Below are positions 24,697-36,900 of a stretch of DNA of 64,000 bases, one piece after another. The notes beneath the pieces are model-generated. The model ran no database searches. It was not told the origin of the DNA and worked only from the letters and a program-made list of their open reading frames with translations. This DNA is from Rhizophagus irregularis (lineage: Eukaryota): assembly GCF_026210795.1 (NCBI RefSeq), contig NC_089429.1, positions 3,410,001-3,474,000 on the forward strand, read 5' to 3'. The position numbers and the translations under genes are program-made. The first letter of the stretch is position 1, and every line of letters begins with the position of its first letter.

Positions 24697-26389
24697 CTTA
24701 TTAATATAGGCACTCCCGATGTCTCTATGGGCTGGTCTTGGATGCAAATAGTCCCTGATGCAGGTTTTCCTAACTCTATCGCCACTTATGCTCACGGCCT
24801 TATACGAGATAATCCCTCTTCTTCTCGAGCTGAGGCTGCTGCTATTTATGCAGTTTTAACTATTTCTCCACGTGACTCTGAAGTTACTATTTATACTGAC
24901 TCGCAAACTGCCATCGATGACCTTCGAAGTTGTTCTTCTTTTGTCTACTCAAACAGTCGTCTGTACTACAAAACTACAAATTTTGAGCTTTGGGCGATTA
25001 TTGAGCGAACCATCCTTTCCAAAAATCTGACAGTTTTTCCCATTAAAGTTAAAGCTCACTCCGGCAATTATTTAAACGATTTTGCTGACTCCTTGGCCAA
25101 TACTGCCCATACCGCGTCATCTAGTATTCTGATCTCCGGAATAGACCTGGCCGCTGCCCATGACTTTGTCTTAATTTATGATAACGATGTTGTCTGTGAA
25201 TCTAATCCGCGACACCTTCTCAAACTATTTTATCAAACGCAGTTGATGCGCGATTTGTTAAATTTAACGCGATTTCTTTACTTTTACTTCTTTATTGTCA
25301 TCTAATATAGATTATATTGTTGACTGGGAACTTACTTGGTTTACTTTAAATTTCAAGCCCTCTCATGATGCATCTTTTACTCCTGACCATGCATCAAGAC
25401 ACTTAACCTTTAAATTCAAACTTTTCTTGGATGATTTGCCTACTTTGGAAAAGCTGAAACGGACTCGACCAGATTTATACATGGACGAATTAACTTGTCG
25501 TTCTTGTATCGACCGCATGGAAGACTTGATGCACCTCTTTATGTGCAAAAATCGTCGTCTACTTATGCAACAAATTCTTCAATCTTATCAAAATCATTTG
25601 ATTTCTAAACTTCTGGCCGCCGGAAACATGGCTGACATTGACCCTACTCCACTCATTGCTAAACTTACTTCTCTTTCATGCTGGTCGTTTTCTTCCACAA
25701 ATTGGTCCTCTTATGCCCTTGCCCGTGGTTGTTTGCCTAAACTTTTTATTGACTTATTTGTCGATTTATCTATTTCAAGGAACTCTGCGATTAAGGTTAT
25801 CGTGGCCATTCACAACCATTTTGTTCATAAATTCAGACGACGAATTTGGAATCCGCGCTCTTATGATAAAAGCCGATGGGAAAACGCGATGAACATTACC
25901 TACAAGTTGAAAACTACCCCAAAGCCTTCTAATTTGCCTTTGTCAACGTACATACCTTACTCATCTTTACCACCTCCGACCCTACACGATTCACGTGACT
26001 TCGAAACCGATTGGTTAAAAAACTCGATTAATTATGGTTTGCCTTGGTTTAATCATTTTTCGGGTTTTATGGGTCGTCTAACGGTGCTACTTAATAACAG
26101 CTTTTGCAGGATGGAGTGTCGATTTTTATAGTGGGCGCGCTATTCGTTATTTTATTAGCATAGTTGCTTCTACTTTGGTTGAAATATATCAAGGGGGAAG
26201 GTCTGGGGAAATTTAGTGTAATGCGATTTTTCTTTTTTAGATTAATTTTTTTTACTTTATTTTTTCTTAGGAGACTATATAGCTTTGTTTTTAGTTAGTT
26301 TTATTTTTATATTTTTCTTTTTATTTTTGTAAAAATTGTAAAGTTCGAATAAATTTAATAAAGATAAAGGCTACTATGCCATGTTTGCC
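24696..26389 (+). mobile_element. LINE family A copy 4 (RNase H to 3' UTR), inverted relative to copy 3
   Basis: ORFs 24688-25305 and 25295-26131 are nearly identical in protein to 16472-17903; followed by the same 16-nt CACT end. Confidence 0.92.
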
Positions 26390-28479
26390 TGGTTTTTGAC
26401 CAGTGTTAGTGTGTTTCATGAAGAGTGATGAAAGGATAAATTTAACTGCGGAAGCAGGAAGACGTATACGTTCAAGGGCGAAATGTAACATTGTAAGATC
26501 GACTGAATCAAAAGCTTTGGAAATATCTTGAGAAAGAATCTAAAGTGGGTTTTAGTTGACATCAGCATCATGGATAATTGACTCTAAAGTGACGATAGGG
26601 TCGCGGTAAGAACTACCAAGTAGACCAGCGAAGTTACCACCTTTTAAAACATCATGTGAGGCCAAAATAGTAAAAAGACGATTATAAAAGAGTTTGACAA
26701 GAGATTTTCTAATCACTTCAAGTAAGGTGATAGGACGAGTGTTCTTTAATTGACACTTCTATTCGTGAGGTTTGGGAATAGAAAAGACCATTGCTTATCA
26801 CCATAAGTCGGAAATATCAGCTTTGGAAAGGCAGAATTGAATCAAGATAATGAGTAGGGCTGAAGTACGAGGTCCAAGATGTTTGAGCATTTCATAAGTA
26901 ATCATGGAAGGACCAGGAGCTTTGTTGTTAGGAGTAGAAGATACTGTAGATAACCATTCATCAAAAGTAGGGGAATTCATTAAAGAATCATAGATGGAGG
27001 AGGACACATTATCAATGGGTTGATAAGCAGATGATCATCTATCTGGTAGTATGTCGATAGAGGTAGGGGGAGTGGATTTAATCAGCACAAAATTTTGGAA
27101 ATGGTTAACAACAGTATCATTTATGTCCTTAAGATCAGTAAGTAGATGAAGTCGAGTAGAATGATCAAGAAGGACACGATCTAAAGTGATACAGCAACGG
27201 GTGCGAGAAAGTGCTGATTCGATAAAAAAAGAAAGGTCAGTTTCAAAATTATTATTTTTATTATCTAAATGAGCACGGATAGAAAGGTCTTGAAATTCTT
27301 TTTCTTAAAGCAGGTGAAATCTCCGTAAGAATTTTGAGATGGTGGATAAAGTATCAAGAAGTGATTTGAAATCATCTAGACGACATGATGAAAGGGATAA
27401 AGGGAAAGTGTGACTGAAAGTAAACACTTTCTTATATAATTGAAGAATGTTTTGGAGTCTAATTAAATGAATAGACCACTTATGTTCGTGAGCAGCGGAA
27501 TAAGTTAAAGGATATTTGCGCAATAGATGTATTGAGTGCATTAGGCAATTTAAAAACTGATAGTATTGAGTTAATGTTTCCAGTTCCTTAGGGACTTTAG
27601 AAGTATAATTATTGCCAACTGTAGAAGAAGGTAAAATGGCATTAGCAGCTTTGAGGATACGTGATTGAAGATATTTGCACATTTGATTGATATGCCAGGA
27701 GGAGAAGACTGAAGGTGAGACGTCACAATAAAACGTCAGCTTTGTCAGTGAATTCTGTCTATTGGAATTCAGTAACAGAGTCAAATTTGAAGACGCAGCG
27801 GGTTTGGCGCTTAAGTTGTCGAGTGCGAGCCAATTTGGTGGAGGCAAATAGTAGAGACATATCATAATATGTGATAACAGGATTATGATCAGGTGTACAA
27901 ATGTCTTGAGCATCAAAGATGCAGGTAGTAAAAGCGAATCCTTTAAGAAGAGGGCAAGACCAAACATAGTCAACACGTATAATTTAGTCATTACGTTGAA
28001 AGGTACCTAAAGAGTTGGAAAGATTAATAGGAGTATAATCTTCATATCTATGAGAAAGGAGATGATAAAATAATCGGTGAATATGTTTAGAAGTAAGTTG
28101 AAGTTGATTAAAGTAAATAGGGTAATATTTATCTAAATGCATATTAAAGTTGCCACAAACAGCATGGTAAAAACCAGCTTGTTTAGTGAGAATAAGTTGT
28201 TGAATAAGCAAATTAATAGTGTCAGAGCGCAAAACTTTTTTAGCTGGAGGAGGAATATAAACTACAAATATGCGCAATTTAACGTTGCCTTTAAAATATA
28301 GATCAATGGAAAGTAAACACGAAGAATGGGATTTAAAATCTTGGACATGAGAAGCAAAGGAATTCCCTATTAAAAGGGAAACACCACCAGAGAAAAGAAT
28401 TTGTTTAGAAGTATCCAAGTCTGAGGAAAAAATAGTATAATCAATAATACGCTTGGATAAAAATTTTATTTGTTTAGGG

Positions 28480-30131
28480 TAAGGATGGGTCCACAAATAA
28501 TTTCCAAAATCCGCAATATTGCAGATTTTGGAGTTGAATTGCGGTTAGTAACCCACAATTCCGCAATTCTGATTGGCTGATAATTAAATTTTTTTTTAAT
28601 GTCTTTAAATGATAATTTAATCAAAAAAAAAATTTTTAATAAATTTATTTATTTATTATTTATTAGAAACAATAAAACCATAATTTCTGAAATGGTGCAA
28701 CTGCGTCAAAAACTAAATCAAACACAGATAACAATGACGAACTTAATACTACTAATCAAAGTTCCGGCCAGAATCTACAAAAAAAAGTAGTGAAAGAACG
28801 TTAATAACGTTCTTACATAAGAAAAAACACAAAAAACCCTCCGCTTTCTCCTCTAGAAACACCTATCGGTCTCCATTTCCAAGTTCTAGGCTGGAATCTA
28901 CAAAAAAAAGAAGAAAAGAATGTTAATAAACGTTCTTACATAAAAAAAACAAAAAACTCGCTTCCCCCTTGAAAATACTCACCGGTCTCCATTTCCAAGT
29001 TCCAGGCTGGAATCTACAAAAAAAGAAGTAAAAGAACGTTAATAAACGTTCTTACATAAAAAAAAAAAAAACCAACTTCCACCCCTTTAAAATACTCGCC
29101 GGTCTCCATTTCCAAGTTTCAGACCGGAATCTACAAAAAAAAGAGGTAAAATAATATTAATAAACGTTCTTACATAAAAAAAAATAAAAAAAACCTACTT
29201 CTCCCCTTTAAAATACTCACCAGTCTCCATTTCCAAGTTCCAGGCCGGAATCTACAAAAAAAAGAAGTAAAGAACATTAATAAACATTCTTACATAAAAA
29301 AAATAAAAAACCCGCTTTCCCCTCCCTTTAAAATACTCACAGGTCTCCATTTCCAAGTTCCAGGCCGGAATCTACAAAAAAAAGAAGTAAAAGAATGTTA
29401 ATAAATGTTCTTACATAAAAAAATCCAAAAAAACCCTTGCTTCCCCTCTGGAAACACCTACTGGTCTCCATTTCCAAGTTCCAGGCTGGAATCTACAAAA
29501 AAAAAGAAGAAAAAAACGTTAATAAACATTCTTACATAAAAAAAACAAAAAAACCCACTTTCACCCCTTTAAAATACTCACAGGTCTCCATTTCCAAGTT
29601 CCAGGCCGGAATTTACAAAAAAAAGAATGAATTTTTTTAAAATGAAAAAAAAAATATTTAAAATTGCGCAATGCAATTAGTTGATTTGTACTATGCTGTC
29701 CGATAATCTAATCCAGATCATTAATAACCGTTGAATTAACCGGTTGATATGTTTCTTCTAAAAAATAAACTAATTTTTTTAAAAAATTTTATTAATAAAA
29801 AACCGAATTTTTTTTACTTTTAGTAATAACAAGAAATCGGTTTCTTTATTAGTTAATTATTAAAAAAATTACATTTATTAAAAATAATTATTCTTTTTTT
29901 TGCGAGCAATCTGCAATTCTGCAAATGTTCCGCAATTCCATAAAGTACCGCAATTCAACCGCAATTGAATTGCGGTACTTTGGATTATTTGCGGAATTGC
30001 GGAATATTTGCAGAATTGCAGACAATTGCGAATTGCAGATTTGCGGATATTTAGACTTCAAAATCTGCAATGTTCCGCAATACTGCAAATCGCAATTATT
30101 CTGCAATTGCCTATTTGCGGCACCATCCTTA
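28480..30131. mobile_element. Non-autonomous hAT-type element containing a micro-exon array
   Basis: TIR TAAGGATGG...CCATCCTTA; 8-bp TSD GTTTAGGG at 28472-28479 and 30132-30139; CCGCAATT subterminal repeats. Confidence 0.92.
28750..29625 (-). repeat. Tandem array, about 118-bp unit = 31-nt exon-like core plus intron-like spacer (7 units plus a terminal exon)
   Basis: Minus strand reads TTTTTGTAG|ATTCCGGCCTGGAACTTGGAAATGGAGACCG|GTGAGT. Confidence 0.85.
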
Positions 30132-31653
30132 GTTTAGGGTAAAGATGAGTATCAACGATACCACCGAAGGAAATATGTTTAAGGGAAAAAAAAGAAGAAA
30201 TTTGTTCTATTTTAGTTTGATCATGCATTCTAAGGCCATTAACATTAAAAGAGGAAATATTAAAAGAATTAGGGATAGGGGAAGTGTTACTGGGAGAAAA
30301 AAATAAAGATTCATGTGAGAAGAAATCAGTAACAAGATCAGAGTTGAGAGGGTTTTGTACAAAGGTATCATAATTAAAATTATTATCCAACATTAAAACA
30401 CAATGATAAAAATAGCCAGGGAGATAAAATTTCAAAAAGAAAATTAAACAGAAGAAGCTGAATCATCAGCTTGCTCCAAGGAAGCACTACTAATGAAGCT
30501 AATGAATTATTTGATATGGCCAGTAAGCTGGTCCAGTTTACTTTAATAACAACTCTACTATTCTTGAAATCGTTAATTTCATCTTGCGTAGAGGAGATAG
30601 GAGTAAATGGAGGAGCACTTGGAGAAAGAAGAGAGGAGGAGTGCAGCAAGGTAGGAGCAGGAGCAATGGTAGTTGAAGAAGGTTGAGGCTGCGTTAAAAT
30701 ACTTTTTGGAGGAGAAAAAGATTTAGCTGACGGCTGAATGTTGAGCAGAACATGGGATACAGGAGCATCGGTAGTTGAAGAAGGTTAAGGCCACGTTAAA
30801 ATACTTTTTGGAGGAGAAAAAGATTTAGCTGATGGCTGAATGTTGAGCGGAACATGGGATACAGGAGCATCCACTGGTCAAAATAGTCCAAATCGGCCAG
30901 AAATCGGATGTCCGATTTTAAGCTGAATTTGGTGATAAAGATGGCCAATTTATTAATTTAGGTAAAGTTCCGATTGGCAGGCCAATTGACGCTGATCAGA
31001 ATATCGAATTGCTTAGTATTTTTAATCTGAATTGTTTAAAAAAATATATTCATAAATTTACCGAATTGCAGTGAATTTATTCTGAATTATGATAAATTTT
31101 GATAAATTGTGATAAATTTTAATCTGAATTGCAGTAAATTTTAATCTGAATTACAGTAAATTTTAATCTGAATTGCGGTAAATTTTCTATTCTGAATTGC
31201 GGTAAATTTATTCTGAATTGCGGTAAATTTATTCTGAATTGCGGTAAATTTTAATCTGAATTGCGGTAAATTTTAATCTGAATTGCGGTAAATGTTCTAT
31301 TCTGAATTGCGGTAAATTTTCTATTCTGAATTGCGGTAAATTTTCTATTCTGAATTGCGGTAAATTTTCTATTCTGAATTGCGGTAAATTTATTCTGAAT
31401 TGCAGTAAATTTTCTATTCTGAATTGCAGTAAATTTGCAGTAAATTTTATTTTGAATTTATTCTGAATTGCAGTAAATTTGCAGTAAATTTATTTCGAAT
31501 TGTAATTAATTTTTTTCTGAATTAAGACAAATTTATTTTGAATTATGGAAAATTCTAATACTAATAATTTGGAATATTAATTATATATATATATATATAT
31601 ATAGATTTTTGACGAAAAAAAGAAAGTTTTCTACCGAATTAATTCAGATTTGT

Positions 31654-33903
31654 TCATTGCGCGTCGTCTATATGTAAATCAGAATCTGAATTATTATGAT
31701 TATTGCCGACCGTTGATTTGATGGTTTTTCTTTTCCTTCCTTGTTATGGTCTTCATCATTTTCGGTGGTGTTGCCAGTTGCTGGTGTTGTCCCTCTACTA
31801 ACTTCTTCTACTTCATCATATTCAGTGTTGAAACCCTGATCGACATCAGTATCGCATATTAAATCTTGTTGTTGTACAATATAAAACCATTCAAGAGTAT
31901 TCGACGGATATGGTCAGTCGTATTTTTGTACTTCATCATCATATCTATGTTCGCGTATTAATTTCGCCTTATTTAATGAGTGTACATCAAATACATTTCG
32001 TAGCAAATTTTTAAGCTGAAGAAACAATAAAATATAAAAATTAAATCCAGCAATTCGTCTGAAAAATCAAGATTCAGAAGTTCTAACCTCATCAGATCTC
32101 CACGAATAGTCGTAAATAGCGATTATGGACTTTGTTAGGTCTTCTTCGTCTGTCTCGCTTATTTCTGGAGAATGAAATAAGCGATTGGATAACATCTTTA
32201 GTAATCTATGCTTATCATATTTTGTTATCCGTTCATCGTCAAAACTATATAATCTCTTTGCCACCTTTATTCAGCGGATTTTCTTCTAAAATACGTTATA
32301 ATTTGAATAAAATTTAATATATAATTGGAATAAAATTCAGCATAATAATTATAAATTATTACTAACGTCATGTACTCGATTGTTTGAGTACACCTGGTGT
32401 TTATTTTCATTGGCTTTTTCCCTATCCATTAATCTTTGATGAGAATAACTAGACTTGTGGAGACAACCCAACCATTTTGTAAGTTGCTTATTCAAAGCGG
32501 GAAAACATGGAGCAAGAGCTGAACGCAATTCAGAGACTAGTTTATGACGAATCTTGAGATTTTTCACGCTATTGAACGTTTTATTGTAATCTAGTCCTCG
32601 AGTTTCATCGATGATTTTCAAAATAGACTTCATTTCAACCTAAATATAACAATCAAATAATGATAACTGGTACTTAATTACTCAATACTGCAATTTTAAA
32701 TAACTGAATCAAACAAATAAAATTAATATACCCCAACTTCTTTTTTGTCGTACTCATCATTATTGTTAGAACCAGACCTTTCTTCCTCCAATTTTTTCTT
32801 GTATCGCTCGAACTTTTTGTCTTAATTCTTTTTTGACGTTTTGCCGGCTATTCGAGATCTGTCTGCCTATAAATGGCTTTAGGCAGGCAGATTTTTGAAT
32901 ACCTGTTTAAGCTTTCATGTAGATCGTCATTCTTGTCTGCAAAAGCCTCATTTACTCAAGTCAAAAAATGATTTTTGTCAAATAATCGGTTATTTTCGTG
33001 TTGAAGCCTTGCATTCTCTACTTGTACTTCATCAATTCGTTTCTTTAATTTTAGATTTTCTAAATAAAGAATTTTATTAATAGTAATATTTTTTTACGAA
33101 TAATTCTGAATTTATACGAATGAAGTCAAAATCGTACCTGCTTCTAAATCAGTATCGTCATCATCAATCACTTTTTCATTACCTTGATCGTCTTTAACCA
33201 CTAATACGAATTTTTGTGGAATTCGAATATTCCCATATCATTTTTTATTTCCGATAACATCTCTTGTTGATCTATAAAATTATTAATTATCGTACATGTC
33301 AATCAGCAATTTTCCAAAATTCAATTACCTTTTATAGGAATATTTGGCGGTTCAATTTCTATAACCTCATCGTCAGACTCTTCTTGAGTCAGCTTAGTCG
33401 ACTTTGCAGATTTGAGGGTCGACTTGATGGGTGTCGATTTGCTAGTCGACTTATTGGTCTTGTCACTTGTCTCATTCAGATCACTTTCTTCTTCCATTCT
33501 TCCCTGTTGACGCTTAGATCCTTCGCTCGGTGTTTCTTCTTGAAACCTTTGCTGCTTTTGTTTGTTTAACTTGGTGAATGACGATTTGCTAGTCGACTTA
33601 TTGGTTTTGTCACTTATCTTATTCGGATTACTTTCTTCTTCCGTTCTTTCTTGTTGATGATTAGATCCTTCGTCAGGTGTTTCTTCTTGAAACTTTTGCT
33701 GCTTTTGTTTGTTTGACTTGGTAGATGACGATTTGCTAGCCGACTTATTGGTCTTGTCACTCGTCTCATTTGGATTACTTTCTTCTTCCATTCTTTCCCA
33801 TTGACAATTAGATCCTTCGTCAGGTGTTTCTTCTTGAAATCTCTGTTGCTTTTGTTTATTATTTTTTTTATTGTTTTTTTTTATTATTGCTATTATTTGA
33901 CAT
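31654..33903 (-). pseudogene. CACTA accessory gene, multi-exon, homolog of 2752-4773
   Basis: ORF pieces 33321-33791 (41-aa tandem repeats), 32349-32633 and 32067-32264; GT-AG introns; stops present. Confidence 0.7.
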
Positions 33904-33979
33904 TTTGATATTCACTCAATATTCGTTTAAAAAATTGAAGCAGGTTCAATATCGTCATATCGTCCTATTTATAAATTTA

Positions 33980-36900
33980 AAAAATCAAATCAATTAATAA
34001 TAAGAAAATCGTTAGCGTTCTACTGTGTTGACTTCTTAATTGGAAAATCAACTATAAATCATAATTAAAAAATCAAATCAATTAATTAAAATTAAGAAAA
34101 TCGTTAACATCCTACTGCGTTGATTTCTCAATTGACAAATCAACTATAAATCATAATTAAAAAAGACAAATCAATTAATAATAAGAAAATCGTTAGCGTT
34201 CTACTGCGTTGACTTCTCGATTGGAAAATCAACTATAAATCATAATTAAAAAATCAAATCAATTAATTAAAATTATACAGGTCGAAATATAAAAAATCAG
34301 TCACCAATCGGTTATATGATTGATTGGTGGCTGATTTGAAGCTGATTGGTTATATATTGGTGACCGATTCTTTTAATCTGTCACCAATCGGTCACCAATC
34401 AGGCATAAATTGCCAATCAGTCATCAATCAGTCATATGACTAATTGGTAACTGATTGGTTGCCGATTTGTTTACAATATTTGATTTACATATTAAAGTTA
34501 AAAAATTAGCATTATAGTCATGTAAAGCAAGTCAAATTATACTTAATCTGAGCTTTTGAGTTTGTTTTGATAAATATATTAAGTTTATTATTGACAATCA
34601 GTTACCAATTGGTCACCAATCTGACATAGCCGATTGGTGACTGATTGGTGACTGATTGGTTTACAATATCTGATTTACATATTAAAGTCAAAAAATTAGC
34701 ATTATAGCCTTGTAAAGAAAATCAAATTATACTTAATCTGAGCTTTTGAGTTTGTTCTGATAAATATATTAAGTTTATTATTAACAATCAGTCACCAATT
34801 GGTCACCAATCTGACATAGCCGATTGGTAACTGATTAGTGACTGATTGGTTTACAATATCTGATTTACGTATTAAAGTCAAAAAATTAGCATTATAGCCT
34901 TGTAAAGCAAGTCAAGTTATACTTTATTTGAGCTTTTGAGTTTGTTCTGATAAATATATTAAGTTTATTATTGACAATCAGTCACCAATCGGTCACCAAT
35001 CTGATATAAGCGATTGGTGATCGATTGGTTACTGATTGATTTGTAATATCTGATAGTTTTTAAGAATTCAGGATTTTTATTTATTACTTTAATATGTAAA
35101 ATTGGATCAATGAAAGAAAATCGGCTACCAAATTAATAGCCGATTAGTGACCGATTGGCTTTTAAAAAAACATTCATTTAATAAAGATAAATGGCATTCT
35201 GATTTACAAATTTTTTATTTTTGGGTCATAGTTTTCGTCCAAAAACCTGAAAAAAAGATGAAAGAAACGTTTAATAACATTTCTTAAAGAATTAATAAAA
35301 AACCCCACTCTCTGACCCTCTTTTTACCTAAATTCTAAAGTCCAGTTCATAGTTTTCGTCTGGCAACTTAAAAAAGAAAAAAAAGAAGCATTTAGTAACG
35401 TTTTTTAAAGAATATAATAAAAAAAATCCACTTCCTGACCTCCTTTTTTACCTAAATTCCAAAGTCCAGTTTGTATTATTCGTCCGGCAACCTAAAAAAA
35501 AAAGAAAGAGAAGCATTAGAACGTTTCTCTTAAAAAAAAATATTATCCCTTTCCTCCTTCACTTTACATAATTCCAAAGTCTGGTTCGTAGTTTTCATCT
35601 GGCAACCTAAAAAAGAAGCATTTAGTAACGTAATAAAATAAAAAAAACCTACTTCCCAACTCTCCTTTTACCTAAATTCCAAAGTCTGGTTCGTATTATT
35701 TGTCCGGCAACCTAAAAAAAAAGAAAGAGAAGCGTTAGAACGTTTCTCTTAAAAAAATAAAATATTATTCTTCTTCTCCTTCACTTACATAATTCCAAAG
35801 TCCAGGTCATATTATTCGTCTGGCAACCTAAAAAAAAAGAAAGAGAAGCGTTAGAACGTTTCTCTTAAAAAAAATATGTTATTCCAGTTCATAGCCGGTA
35901 AGTTGATAAGTCAAATCGGGTAGCAATCGGTTAACAATATAATATTGACCGATTGATGATCAATTTCTTTTCCTGCAATTTGTATCACTCGTGAATTAGG
36001 TGAGATGTGATCCGTAATCTAGATCAGGATAATCCAATTTGGAAAAAAAAAAATTTCTTTTTTATGGACGAAAAAAATTGCTGGACTTTGAGAATTGAAG
36101 TAAGAGAGGCGTTTTTCGTTGTTTTTTTTTAATAAATTAAACTAATTTATTTTTCTCTTTTGTAGGGTTACTGGACGAAAACTGGACTCTTGGAATTGAG
36201 GTAAGGGAGGGCTGAGGGAGAAGGTTTTTCATTTTTTTTTAATATATTTTTTTCTTTTTTGTAGTGTTGCCGGACGAAAAATATTGCCAGACTTTTGGAA
36301 TTAAAGTAAGGGAGGGCTGAGAGAAAGCTTTTTTGTTGTTTTTTTTTAATAAATTAAACTAATTTGTTTTTTTCTTTTTTATAGAGTTGCCAGACGAAAA
36401 TATTGCCGGACTTTTGGAATTGAAGTAAGGGAGGACTGAGGAAAAGCTTTTTCGTTGTTTTTTAATAAATTAAACTAATTTATTTTTTTCTGTTTGATAG
36501 AGTTGCCGGACGAAAAACATTGCCGGACTTTGGAATTAAGGTAAGGGAAGGTCAGGGAAAAGAGTTTCGTGATTTTTTTTTTTAAATAATTTAATTTATG
36601 TTTTTTCTTTTTTTAAGGTTAGCCAGACGAAAAATATGATCGGATTTTTGGAATTGAGGTAAAGGAGGACTGAGCAGAATCTACTTTTTTGTAAGGTTGC
36701 TGGACGAAAATATACTAACGTTTCATTCCTTTAGACTAATTTGAATCTCGATAAAAAATAGAGTTGTTTCTTTTCTAAGCGAGTCCAAGGCATTGGGAAG
36801 TTTGACTGGAACCTGGAATTTTTTAGACGTTTCTGGATCATTGATTTCGGTGGGACAGAGCAATTTTTTTTAAAAAAAAAAATTTTTTTTATAACAAAAC

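Larger units (their letters stand above)
16202..26405. mobile_element. 10.2-kb composite transposon: CACT termini enclosing a full-length LINE, a MITE body and an inverted LINE 3' fragment
   Basis: Ends CACTAGTCAAAAACCAGGCAAAC and GTTTGCCTGGTTTTTGACCAGTG; TTA at 16199-16201 and 26406-26408; the flanks rejoin into continuous RT sequence (compare 19771-19800). Confidence 0.9.
10108..30871 (-). mobile_element. LINE family A copy 2, capped by a CACTGG TIR at its 3' end, degenerate, carrying four nested insertions
   Basis: CACTGGTCAAAAACTA|GGCAAATGTGG at 10108. Collinear LINE pieces at 10124-12299, 13532-14603, 15890-16201, 26406-28479 and 30132-30871 run from the 3' UTR through RNase H, RT and APE into the end of ORF1. 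Confidence 0.88.

Noticed and set aside
24697..24700. TTA after the MITE right end as the TSD partner of 16199-16201
   Set aside because: It is part of LINE copy 4 sequence (CTTA); the host RT sequence continues only at 26406.
24688..25305. Host ribonuclease H gene
   Set aside because: It is the RNase H region of LINE ORF2, near-identical to 17387-17903, and is truncated before the first catalytic Asp motif.
16202..26405. DIRS-like or LTR retroelement with inverted terminal repeats
   Set aside because: No tyrosine recombinase, integrase or protease. The RT is LINE-type with APE, and the arms are LINE 3' ends capped by CACT TIRs.
28750..29625. CRISPR-like array (31-nt conserved repeat with spacers)
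   Set aside because: Spacers are homologous to each other and intron-like, the context is eukaryotic and there are no cas genes. The same applies to 61145-63380.
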